Shown here piece after piece: positions 48,583 to 59,843 of a stretch of DNA of 64,000 nt. Below the pieces are notes generated by a model. It was not told the DNA's origin and did no database searches. It saw only the letters and a list, made by a program, of their open reading frames with translations. A program made the position numbers and the translations under genes. Origin of the DNA: an uncultured Gammaproteobacteria bacterium. GTDB taxonomy: Bacteria > Patescibacteriota > Microgenomatia > 2-02-FULL-39-11. Positions within the stretch are counted from its first letter, which is position 1. Each line of letters starts with the position of its first letter. The stretch spans positions 5,169-69,168 of the forward strand of contig CAZJBV010000004.1 of the NCBI GenBank assembly GCA_964544585.1, read 5' to 3'.

Positions 48583-50190
48583 AGTGACACTTCCTTTTTG
48601 GTAAATCTTCCGCATGAATGGATAGACTTCTAATAATTCCTCTACCCCACCTAGCTCTTTTTCTTGGGGCCCAAAAAATATATATCTAATCCTATTGTCT
48701 TTTAATAATTTTCTTGCCTCATCGCTACTCATCTCCCCCTTAAAAAAACGAGCAACCACTATCTCCTTCCAATTTTCATCAGGCGTATTTGCGTGTCCAA
48801 TATAGACAAAATTTCCCGCATATGCCGGAATAAAATTTCCCGCAGTTACATAGGTCAAAACAACACTATTCTTATCAGTTGAATCGGCAAGATAATATAC
48901 CCCCTCCATAAAATCCGTCAGTGGGTAAGCAAGTTGAGCTCCAATTGGCACATTAAATGTCGCCACCCTTTTGGCAAAAATCTGATCGGTCAACCATCCT
49001 ACCATAGAAACCATCACTCCCAACCCCATAAGAATAATTAGACTGATAATTATACCCACTCCTATCCTTACGTACCTTAAGTGGCCTATGTAGCCCAAAA
49101 CCCAAACAAAAAAATAAGTCGCCAATATCCCAAGAGGTATATTCAAGGCCGCTTCCGTAAATCTCGAGGGTGACTGTTCCGGCACATTTTCAAAAATCAT
49201 AAAAAGGACAAAGACCGAGACAACCCATGAAATTAAGGGGTAAAAATTAATTTTCTTTTTTATTAAAACGAGAATCCCGCCCAATATCCCCAGAGGAAGT
49301 AATGGCCCCAAAGCCAAAAAATATTCCCCATATGGTAAAAGAATCCTATGTTCAATATCAAAGATGGCAAGAGCCTTCCATGGTTGGATTTGAAACATAA
49401 GTTTTAAATAAATCAAAGACGGAAACGAAAATATAAAAAAAATAATCCGAGGTATAATTTTTTTAACAATTCCCTTTTTTTCCAGGACAAATTCAAGTAC
49501 TGTCAACACCACAAAAAATACGTACATCACGATCAAAGTCGGCGGGAAAATAATCCCTATCAGAAAACCTAAAACTCCCATCATAAGTAACTTAAAAACC
49601 TCAAGTGACCTGCCCTCCGAAAACCACCGCAAGAAAAGCAATAACCCTATCTGCCCAATCAAAATATGCGGAATAAATGTTATCCGTTGAAGTGAATCTA
49701 TAGCCGACCACCATCCCATATGGGTTGCAAAGCGAGGAATACCATTTACAAAGACTAAAACAGGAAAACTCCCCATCGTCACTACAAACAGAAAGCAAAC
49801 CACTACCCACCATCCTTTAAAAAAATATTGACAATATCGACTAATCAAAAAAAGCAACACAAACCCAAAAATAAGCCGGGATACATGATAAACTGCAGTA
49901 GGAGAAAGACTAAACACTCCTCCCAGCTTTCCTAAATAAAGATAGACTATCTGGAAAAGACTCCCCCCATGTGGTTCACTGTAGTATTTTTCCACCACCA
50001 GCCACCTTCCCTCCATCCCTTGTCTAATCCGGGAAAGATAAAAGTTATAATCAAACATATAATTATGCTCAAGAACAAAAGTCCTATTAGTTGGTAGTTG
50101 ATTTCGACTTGCCAATTCGTACAGACTAGGAGAAAAGGAAAAAATAACAAATAGGAAAGAAAGCAAAATGAGTACAATTCTTAAATTCAT
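48532..50190 (-). CDS. polytopic membrane protein, seven-member putative GT-C family (copy 5)
   Basis: FDYNFYLSRIRQG, YYSE, PHI, QPW, IPAYAGN.VYIGH, YIFFGPQE. Confidence 0.6.
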   Translation of the reverse strand: MNLRIVLILLSFLFVIFSFSPSLYELASRNQLPTNRTFVLEHNYMFDYNFYLSRIRQGMEGRWLVVEKYYSEPHGGSLFQIVYLYLGKLGGVFSLSPTAVYHVSRLIFGFVLLFLISRYCQYFFKGWWVVVCFLFVVTMGSFPVLVFVNGIPRFATHMGWWSAIDSLQRITFIPHILIGQIGLLLFLRWFSEGRSLEVFKLLMMGVLGFLIGIIFPPTLIVMYVFFVVLTVLEFVLEKKGIVKKIIPRIIFFIFSFPSLIYLKLMFQIQPWKALAIFDIEHRILLPYGEYFLALGPLLPLGILGGILVLIKKKINFYPLISWVVSVFVLFMIFENVPEQSPSRFTEAALNIPLGILATYFFVWVLGYIGHLRYVRIGVGIIISLIILMGLGVMVSMVGWLTDQIFAKRVATFNVPIGAQLAYPLTDFMEGVYYLADSTDKNSVVLTYVTAGNFIPAYAGNFVYIGHANTPDENWKEIVVARFFKGEMSSDEARKLLKDNRIRYIFFGPQEKELGGVEELLEVYPFMRKIYQKGSVTLYHFIENDNPIIENGS

Positions 50191-50225
50191 AGAAGTATTA
50201 TAATTGCGAGTATATCATCCACAGC

Positions 50226-51827
50226 ATGAATAATAGAATTACTACTCTCATTCTTTTATTGTTTATAACCATCAGTCTCAGTATCAGTCTACTTCCTGAT
50301 ATTTTTAGAATTATCTCCACACCCGCAAATACCATTTTTCCTCTCATTCACAACAACGCTAGTGACTATTTCTACTATCTCTCACTTATAAGACAAGGAT
50401 ACGATGGAAATCTCCTTCTTACTTCTAGAATGACCCCAGAGCAATTTCACCCCGCCTTTACCCAAACTATATTCTCAATCATGGGATTGGTATCTCGGCT
50501 ATTTTCACTTTCTCTTCCCCTCACCTACCTTTTGGCACGAATCGTATTCGGCCTATTTCTTCTCTTTACCATCATCTATTGCGCCAAAATTCTATTTAGG
50601 AAAAATATCTATGTTGTCAGCGCCAGTTTCCTAGCAATTTTTACTACTGGTTTTTGGATAATTGGAGAAAATTATACCGGCCTACCCGTCAGACAATATC
50701 TCATCCACTGGACCAGACTAGATCCTATCATCCGCACCACCTATCTTCCACATCATCTTGCCTCTACAGTCATCGGACTATTTTCTCTTATTATTCTCTC
50801 GAAAAGTTTAGATCAAAAAAATATCAAAATGGGAGTCTTGGCTGCTATTTTGGCTTTACTATCAAGCTTCATCTATTTTGCTACCATGGTTAACATTCTA
50901 GGAGGATTGACGCTTGTCGTCTTATTAACTATAAGATCCCTTACATATCAAAATTTAAAAGACAAGTTGCCCATCGTCTGTATATACATCTTATTATCAT
51001 CTTTGCCCCTCTTCTATTTCCGCAGCCTTTCCCTCACCTCATTTCCCTGGTCCGCTTATGATAAAGTCGGCGAAAACTTCAATTTCTATTTGCCTTTCTT
51101 ACATTACTTATACTCATCAGGCCTAGTCTTTCCCCTTACTTTAGTAGGTTTACCCCTCATTTTTAAGACAAAAGAATTTCTTCCCAAATTCCTGTTAGGA
51201 TGGGCTCTCTTTCCTTTTATCGGCCTTTTTGTTGTGGCCAAAATATTTCCCCAATATGGAAATGTTTACTATCTAGAAGCTACATCTCATATACCCTTTG
51301 GATTACTTTCCCTTTACGGATTTATTTACATTAAAAATAGATTTTATTTGCATAAAAAAGTCCTACTTTTAATATTTATTCTCCTCGGATTATATTTCAT
51401 TCCCCCCACCCTCACGTCCATAGTCTACGAGTCAGGCAGACTCAAAACCAACTATTACAATTTTTTCATTCCCGAGGACATTTTTAAAGGCTTCTCCTGG
51501 TTAGATGGTAATACCCCCTCCGAATCTATAATTTTAGCAGGCGGATATTTTGGCAATGTTGTTCCTGCCTTCACCCACAACAGAGTCGTCTACGGCCATC
51601 GGGCAAATACTTACAAGCCAGAAGAAAAAAAAGCCGCACTAGATATATTTTTCAACCAAACAGATCTCACCCAATCCGCCAAAATATTAAAAAAATTTAA
51701 CGTCTCATATATATTTTTTAGCCTAGATACCAATAATCCAATCCCTCAATTCGAAACGAGTCTTCCTGTAATTAAAGTTTACCAGAATCCATCTGTATCT
51801 ATTTATAAAGTAACTACGCCTCAATGA
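50226..51827 (+). CDS. polytopic membrane protein, seven-member putative GT-C family (copy 6)
   Basis: SDYFYYLSLIRQG, TPE, PHH, FPW, WLDGNT, VPAFTHNRVVYGH. Confidence 0.6.
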   Translation: MNNRITTLILLLFITISLSISLLPDIFRIISTPANTIFPLIHNNASDYFYYLSLIRQGYDGNLLLTSRMTPEQFHPAFTQTIFSIMGLVSRLFSLSLPLTYLLARIVFGLFLLFTIIYCAKILFRKNIYVVSASFLAIFTTGFWIIGENYTGLPVRQYLIHWTRLDPIIRTTYLPHHLASTVIGLFSLIILSKSLDQKNIKMGVLAAILALLSSFIYFATMVNILGGLTLVVLLTIRSLTYQNLKDKLPIVCIYILLSSLPLFYFRSLSLTSFPWSAYDKVGENFNFYLPFLHYLYSSGLVFPLTLVGLPLIFKTKEFLPKFLLGWALFPFIGLFVVAKIFPQYGNVYYLEATSHIPFGLLSLYGFIYIKNRFYLHKKVLLLIFILLGLYFIPPTLTSIVYESGRLKTNYYNFFIPEDIFKGFSWLDGNTPSESIILAGGYFGNVVPAFTHNRVVYGHRANTYKPEEKKAALDIFFNQTDLTQSAKILKKFNVSYIFFSLDTNNPIPQFETSLPVIKVYQNPSVSIYKVTTPQ

Positions 51828-52579
51828 GAATCAATCTTAGCATCATTACTCCCGTCTACAATGAGGATAAATTACTATCAAAAAATATCAAAAATTTTGT
51901 TGATTTTTTCCAAAAAAGACCGGAAATAGACCATTTTGAAATCATCATCTCCGAAAACGGCTCGAAAGATAAAACACTCGCCATAGCCAAAAAAATCAAA
52001 AAAAAATATCAATTCATAGAGCTTATTAATTTGAACGAAAAAAGCCTAGGACTTGCCCTCAGCTACGCCATCAAGAAATCTAAATATCCATATCTATATT
52101 TTCTTCCCATCGACAATCCATTCCGCTTTATGGACTATTTTGGATCGATTAAAAATATAAATCGCTTTGACATTATCTTTTCCACCAAAAACCACCCACA
52201 ATCAGTCTATAAAAACAAACCACTCCGCAAAGTTGCCTCCCACATATTCTCATTTTTAGTCAAAGCAATATTTCACCTTCCGCTCACTGATACACAAGGA
52301 ACCTTCTTTGCAAAAAGAGAAAAACTTCTATCACTTCTTCATTATTCCACATCCAAAGGACCTTTTTTTCAAACCCAATTAGCAATCTATGCTTTCAAAA
52401 AAGGTATGCATATCCAAGAATTTCCCGTAAATTACACTACACCCTACAGACGCCGTTCAAAAATTTCCCTCATCAAAGATGGATCGATGCTTATTTTTGA
52501 GTTGCTAATAGAAAAGTTAAAAATTATGAAAGCTAGTCTAACACCTCGTAGAGAACATTTAGGCCGCTATTATAAATAA
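51824..52579 (+). CDS. GT2 glycosyltransferase (DPG synthase-like)
   Basis: PVYNE, ENGSKDKT, PID, DTQG. Confidence 0.85.
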   Translation: MRINLSIITPVYNEDKLLSKNIKNFVDFFQKRPEIDHFEIIISENGSKDKTLAIAKKIKKKYQFIELINLNEKSLGLALSYAIKKSKYPYLYFLPIDNPFRFMDYFGSIKNINRFDIIFSTKNHPQSVYKNKPLRKVASHIFSFLVKAIFHLPLTDTQGTFFAKREKLLSLLHYSTSKGPFFQTQLAIYAFKKGMHIQEFPVNYTTPYRRRSKISLIKDGSMLIFELLIEKLKIMKASLTPRREHLGRYYK

Positions 52580-54137
52580 CTTTCTTATTAGGTAATTTAT
52601 CAACACTTGTTTCCCATGGTCGAGGCGTATCAGGCCCAAAATATATATATTTAATTTTATATTTTCGGATTATATCCACCAACTCATCGCTTGAAAAAGT
52701 ATTAGAATAAAATTTGGTCATTATGTCCAACTTTTCATTGTAATTAAAAGTCGCATCTCCATGTCCTACCAATACTCTATTATGGGCAAATGAAGGCAAC
52801 ATTATCCCAGATGAATACCCTGCCAAAACCACCGACTCTGGGGGAGTATTGTTATCAAGGTAAGTAAAAAGAGACAAAGTATCTACAGGTATATGGCTAA
52901 AAAGATTAAAAGCATTAGTTTCTTCAAACTGTGTTTTCAACGAAAGGTAACAATTAAGAATAAAAAGCACCACAAGAAACATCGTGAGTAATATAGTAAT
53001 AAATTTTTTTCTTAAATTATCATAAACTATAAATATTCCCATGCTTCCAAGAATAGAAAGTGGTATAAATTGACTTAACTGAAGGAGTCGAAACATAGAA
53101 ATTTCTGGAATAAATTGCGATGCAAATACTCCGATAACTGGTCCAAAAGCCCATCCTACTATAAAATAATAAAGAATACCCTGTCGCTTTCGCCAAGTCA
53201 AAACTAAAACAGTAATGGCAAGCGGTAATGCTGGCCCCAAAACCATAATATATTCCCAAAATGGCCACCGCAAAGTAGCTATATCATTTCTTAAAAAATT
53301 GTCCCACGGAAATACAGTAAATAAATAAAATCGATAATAATAAACACTTATAACCAGAGGCAGCAAATATAAAACAAAATGACTACTCAAATAAAAAAAC
53401 TTTCTCTCCTGGAAAAAAATAAGAAAAAAAGCTAAAGGTAAAATAAATATCATCCCCGCCAGAGTAGCCGGATTTATAAGCACAGAAAAAAAGAGTAATA
53501 CTGAACCTATCAAAGAATATTTAAATTCATGATCTTTTATACCCTTATAAGCGCAAAAGAGAAAACCAATCATCAATATTGATGACGCTGTATGATGGGG
53601 TAGAAACGCAATTCTCCTTAAAACATCAAAATTTGTAATCCCCCACAGAAAATTTCCAAAAGAAGTTGTTACATCCCCCGTCCAATTAAATCTCAAAAAA
53701 CTGGACATTAAAACCACAGATAAAAAAGAAATTAATCTTCGCCATCGCCCCTGAACAAGTTTGATAATGAGAATATAAACCAAAAGAAGCCTTATAAATC
53801 CAAAAATAAATCGCGAAAATGTAAAACTTACCATTGGATTAAATCCTAAAGACCCTAAAGTAAAACCCAGAATAGAAAAAAAAGTATGTCCATATTTTCG
53901 CGGAAATATTTCAGGCGTAAAACGCGAAGTTAAAGCAATTTGACCTTCGCTACCATCCTTCATCCACGAAAGAAACTGATAATAATCAGGGTAAAAATTA
54001 AAAGCCATCGTATAAATTTTACCGGATGGCGTCCCAAGACTGTGATATAAAATCGGAAGAAAACCGATAAATATAGATATTAAAATGACTCCAACAATCA
54101 AAAAAAATTCATTTTTCCAAAAAACTGAAATCTTCAT
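52533..54137 (-). CDS. polytopic membrane protein, seven-member putative GT-C family (copy 7)
   Basis: PDYYQFLSWMKDG, TPE, PHH, FPW, LPSFAHNRVLVGH, YIYFGPD; start 54137 with TAGAAT 5 nt upstream. Confidence 0.6.
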   Translation of the reverse strand: MKISVFWKNEFFLIVGVILISIFIGFLPILYHSLGTPSGKIYTMAFNFYPDYYQFLSWMKDGSEGQIALTSRFTPEIFPRKYGHTFFSILGFTLGSLGFNPMVSFTFSRFIFGFIRLLLVYILIIKLVQGRWRRLISFLSVVLMSSFLRFNWTGDVTTSFGNFLWGITNFDVLRRIAFLPHHTASSILMIGFLFCAYKGIKDHEFKYSLIGSVLLFFSVLINPATLAGMIFILPLAFFLIFFQERKFFYLSSHFVLYLLPLVISVYYYRFYLFTVFPWDNFLRNDIATLRWPFWEYIMVLGPALPLAITVLVLTWRKRQGILYYFIVGWAFGPVIGVFASQFIPEISMFRLLQLSQFIPLSILGSMGIFIVYDNLRKKFITILLTMFLVVLFILNCYLSLKTQFEETNAFNLFSHIPVDTLSLFTYLDNNTPPESVVLAGYSSGIMLPSFAHNRVLVGHGDATFNYNEKLDIMTKFYSNTFSSDELVDIIRKYKIKYIYFGPDTPRPWETSVDKLPNKKVIYNSGLNVLYEVLD

Positions 54138-54216
54138 AAACAATTCTAATATATCACAATTATTTTTACCTACTTGACAAATAATCAACCATAAGTGTTA
54201 ATATAGATTCCATCCT

Positions 54217-54933
54217 ATGGCAGAAGAACCCACAGAAGAGCAACTCGACATCAAAAAATTGGCTACGGCCACAATCGTCGGTATTGTTGTTCTCGGAGCC
54301 GTAGTCTATGGAGCATATACTTATTCTCAAAGAAAAAGCGGTAATATCGCTCTCCCAGGAGGAGTTACTTATTTAGGGGCAACACCCGCCGGGGATCAAC
54401 CGCCAACCGCTCCCCTTAGATTTACGGCAGATCCAAGTGTTTCCTGGACGATTTATGCTGGTAAAGAATATCCATATTCATTCTCCACACCCGCAACTTT
54501 ACCCCTCGTCTATTTCCCGGGAGACAGAAATGATCCAGTCGGCGTCGTCTGGGGAAATATTCCCCCTCAGGCAAATCTTCTTTTAAATATTGAGAGATTA
54601 TCCGAAAGAGAAGGCGACTATGAAAAAAAACCCAAAAGAACTTATGTCGAAGATTGGTATAAATTTTTTTCCGGACTATCAGGAATCGAATCCATTGCAG
54701 AATTTACCAATATCAAAGGTCTCAAAGGCTACAGAGTCCAGTATCTCACACCGACGGGAAAATCTCCCAACATCGATATATTTTTAGAGATACCAGGCAG
54801 AAACGACATCATGATCCACATGGGAAACGGTTCATTGGATCCTAGCGTGTTCGATCGCATCGTAGATAGCGTCGAATGGGGAAATGACATCTCTCCTACT
54901 ACAATTCCTCCGACACCTTCTACCACTCCCTAA
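54217..54933 (+). CDS. membrane-anchored extracellular protein of unknown function
   Basis: Single N-terminal TM, W..Y......YSF..P segment, P/T-rich tail. Confidence 0.65.
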   Translation: MAEEPTEEQLDIKKLATATIVGIVVLGAVVYGAYTYSQRKSGNIALPGGVTYLGATPAGDQPPTAPLRFTADPSVSWTIYAGKEYPYSFSTPATLPLVYFPGDRNDPVGVVWGNIPPQANLLLNIERLSEREGDYEKKPKRTYVEDWYKFFSGLSGIESIAEFTNIKGLKGYRVQYLTPTGKSPNIDIFLEIPGRNDIMIHMGNGSLDPSVFDRIVDSVEWGNDISPTTIPPTPSTTP

Positions 54934-54969
54934 TTAGTGTATATTCTGTTAAAATCCAAATTAGTCAGT

Positions 54970-56723
54970 ATGCGTAATCTCCTCTATCTTCTTTTAATTG
55001 GTCTTCTAATTCGTCTTATTTTTATCCCCAACACCGGTTTTATCGCAGATATTTCCTTTTGGAAATCATGGGGCTTAGCAGCCAGAGACCATGGCATAGT
55101 CTGGACAGCCCACAATACCAATATCAATTATCCTCCCGGTTTTATTTATATCCTATGGTACATGGGTGAATCTTACAGTCTATTTGCCGATCCCCAAAAT
55201 TTCAATGAATTTTGGGATGCGGGAAACCTCCTCTTTCTTGCTATTTCCAAATTTCCTGCCATCCTCTCCGATCTGGGTATTGCAATTTTAATTTATATTT
55301 TTTCTAAAAATATATTAAAAGACGAAAAACAAAAAGAATCTCGCCTCCCTCTCATTCTTACCGGATTATTTCTATTTAATCCAGTCGTCATATTAGATAG
55401 CGCCATCTGGGGCCAAGTCGAATCATTCGGCATGCTCTTTACGATTCTGACAGTAATTCTCATACTCAAAGGCAAACCATCCCTGGCCATATTTATTTTT
55501 GTCGTCGGCTGCCTCATGAAGCTCCAGAATATTATTTATATACCCCTAATCTACCTTTTCATTTTTCGCTATCATGGTTTTGACGCGCTCATAAAAAGTA
55601 TTGCTACCTCCCTTCTTGCTTTTATCATAACCGTCTTCCCCTTTTTAATGGCAAACGATATAGAACGCGTCCTTCTCCTTTTGACCGTCAACAATGATTA
55701 CTTTCCCTGGCTCTCACTCCACGCCCACAATCCTTGGTGGATACTTTCAGGCGGAACAATGATTTCGTCCGACAAAATTTTAGTCTTGGGTATAGCAAAT
55801 GCCAAACAAGTTGGACTGATCCTTTTTGCCGGAATCTATCTTCTCCTAATGATTCTACTTTGGAAGAGTCCAAACCCTAAAAATTTTATCATTAGCCTGG
55901 GAATTTCCATCTTTGCCTTTTTCCTTTTTACCACCCAAAGCCATGAACGGTATTCTTATCCCGCGATCGTCTGGCTCCTTTTTTATATTCCTTTTATTCG
56001 TGAAATCCGTTGGAAAAAATATGCCTTTTTTTTATTTGCCCTATTGACTTCAGCAATTTTTTTCAATATGCACGAAGGTCTAGTCGCCAATTATCCCGAA
56101 AACGGATTTGCCCCTCTTACGGCAATCACAAATCAACTAACAAACAACATTAATTCCGTCTTTATGATCATACTCCTTTTTCTCCTTCTTCCATTTATTT
56201 TTAGACAAATATCCTATTTATATTTATTTATTCCAGCAATATTTATTTCTCTTGCTTTATTTGGCCTAAATGCCCAATACTTATTAAAAGGAAAAATCTT
56301 TTTATCATCTTTAAAGCCTACCAGCACATCCCTCGGCTTTGGCGTCTTGCAGAAAGATCGCTCCGTCAATTCTTTTGCCGGTCCCAAATCATGGAATTTT
56401 CTCTCCTCTGAATATTTCTTTTATGAAAAAGGCTTTGGCACCCATGCCAACTCCCTCCTCACTTTTGACCTCAATCGCAAATTTTCCCGCCTCAAAACTG
56501 ATGTTGGTGTAGACTCCGAGGGAGGTACAGACGCTTCAGTCGTCTTCAAAATTCACGGTGATGATAAATTACTTTACGAATCGGAAAAAATGGGCAGATT
56601 CGATTTCCCCAGACACATAGATGTAAATCTCAAAGGAGTAAAAACTTTGATACTTGAAGTAACCGACGGCGATGATGGTATAAACAATGATCACGCCGAT
56701 TGGCTAAATCCAATTTTATACAA

Positions 56724-56727
<4 letters not shown>
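54970..56727 (+). CDS. GT-C membrane glycosyltransferase fused to a C-terminal NPCBM/NEW2 carbohydrate-binding module
   Basis: D...W..W, NYPPG, DSAIWGQVES, HERY; C-terminal KGFGTHANS...VGVD...SVVF...DHADW. Confidence 0.8.
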
Positions 56728-58995
<2,268 letters not shown>

Positions 58996-59012
<17 letters not shown>

Positions 59013-59032
59013 AATTCACTCCCAGTGGGTTT
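58996..59032. terminator. hairpin between convergent genes, possible terminator
   Basis: AAACCCAC...GTGA-AAT-TCAC...GTGGGTTT. Confidence 0.35.
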
Positions 59033-59056
59033 CTAGGTTTCAATTGAAAAAGACTA

Positions 59057-59368
59057 TTAAGCAGTCGAAGGTATACCACCGCTTTGTCTTTGATTTTGAA
59101 AACATTCTCGACAAAGTACACCTGTTCCCTTTCGGGGTACAAATGGTACTTCATCCTCTCGTCCACAATTAGAACACGTAATTTTAGTCATGACACGATT
59201 GGCCATCTTTTCAGCCTTTCGCTTTTGCCTATCCTCTGGACATCTTGATGGAGGGTTATCAAAACCCTTATCTTTATAGAACTGCTGTTCACCAGCAGTC
59301 CAAACAAACTGTTTACCACAGTCTTTACAAACTAATGTCTGATCTTGAAATTGAGATTGAGATTGCAT
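59057..59368 (-). CDS. zinc-ribbon plus CxxC-x17-CxxC domain protein (putative nucleic-acid binding)
   Basis: LVCKDCG..FVWTAGEQ.FY..KGF...P.RC, CSNCG....VPF.P......CRECF; SD-like GGGGGTGA upstream. Confidence 0.88.
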   Translation of the reverse strand: MQSQSQFQDQTLVCKDCGKQFVWTAGEQQFYKDKGFDNPPSRCPEDRQKRKAEKMANRVMTKITCSNCGREDEVPFVPRKGTGVLCRECFQNQRQSGGIPSTA

Positions 59369-59463
59369 CCTGGAATCACCCCCTTTTTACTGGCCTTTAT
59401 CCAGGATGCCTAAGAAGAATTTTCCCTAGGAAATACCATGGAATGAGGACCTTACTAAATTAA

Positions 59464-59492
59464 AGTATATCAACTAATGCTGTTATAGTCAA
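59464..59492 (-). promoter_or_regulatory. sigma70 promoter of zinc-ribbon gene
   Basis: TTGACT-17-TATACT. Confidence 0.65.
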
Positions 59493-59497
59493 ATAAA

Positions 59498-59578
59498 GTG
59501 GAACGTAACAAATTGCCAAAGCAATTTGAACGTTCCCACCACGTTTAAATTTGCGTCAGCAAATTTATTACGTGGTGG
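59498..59578. repeat. two tandem related hairpins at tRNA-Ala(GGC) 3' flank
   Basis: GGAACGT..CAAATTGC-N4-GCAATTTG.ACGTTCC and CCACCACGT.TAAATTTGC-N4-GCAAATTTA..ACGTGGTGG. Confidence 0.75.
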
Positions 59579-59648
59579 ACCCGAGGGGACTCGAACCCCT
59601 TGCCTTCTGACTGCCAGCCAGATGTTCAACCAGCTAAACTTCGGGCCC
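59573..59648 (-). tRNA. tRNA-Ala(GGC)
   Basis: GGGCCCG/CGGGTCC acceptor with G3:U70, TCTGG-CT GGC AG-TCAGA, GGTTCGAGTCC, encoded CCA. Confidence 0.92.
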
Positions 59649-59698
59649 GGGTGATCTAACATTGTATCAAATCAATCTCAGATGTAAAATACCAAAAA

Positions 59699-59769
59699 GG
59701 GCCTATGGTTCAACGGTAGAATACTGCTTTCGCATTGCAGAGATCCGAGTTCGATTCTCGGTAGGTCCA
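59699..59769 (+). tRNA. tRNA-Ala(CGC)
   Basis: GGGCCTA/TAGGTCC acceptor with G3:U70, loop TT CGC AT, CCGAG-TTCGATT-CTCGG T-arm; CCA not encoded. Confidence 0.88.
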
Positions 59770-59792
59770 CAGATCTTCTCACAGGTACTCCA

Positions 59793-59841
59793 ATCCGAGT
59801 TCCCTGCCTGCCGGCAGGCAGGGATTCTCGGTAGGTCCACA
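59793..59841 (+). repeat. direct repeat of tRNA-Ala(CGC) 3' end, interrupted by the 20-bp palindrome
   Basis: ATCCGAGTTC[20 bp]GATTCTCGGTAGGTCCACA equals 59743-59771. Confidence 0.92.
59803..59822. repeat. perfect 20-bp palindrome CCTGCCTGCCGGCAGGCAGG, copy 2
   Basis: Identical to 6638-6657. Confidence 0.95.
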
Positions 59842-59843
59842 AA

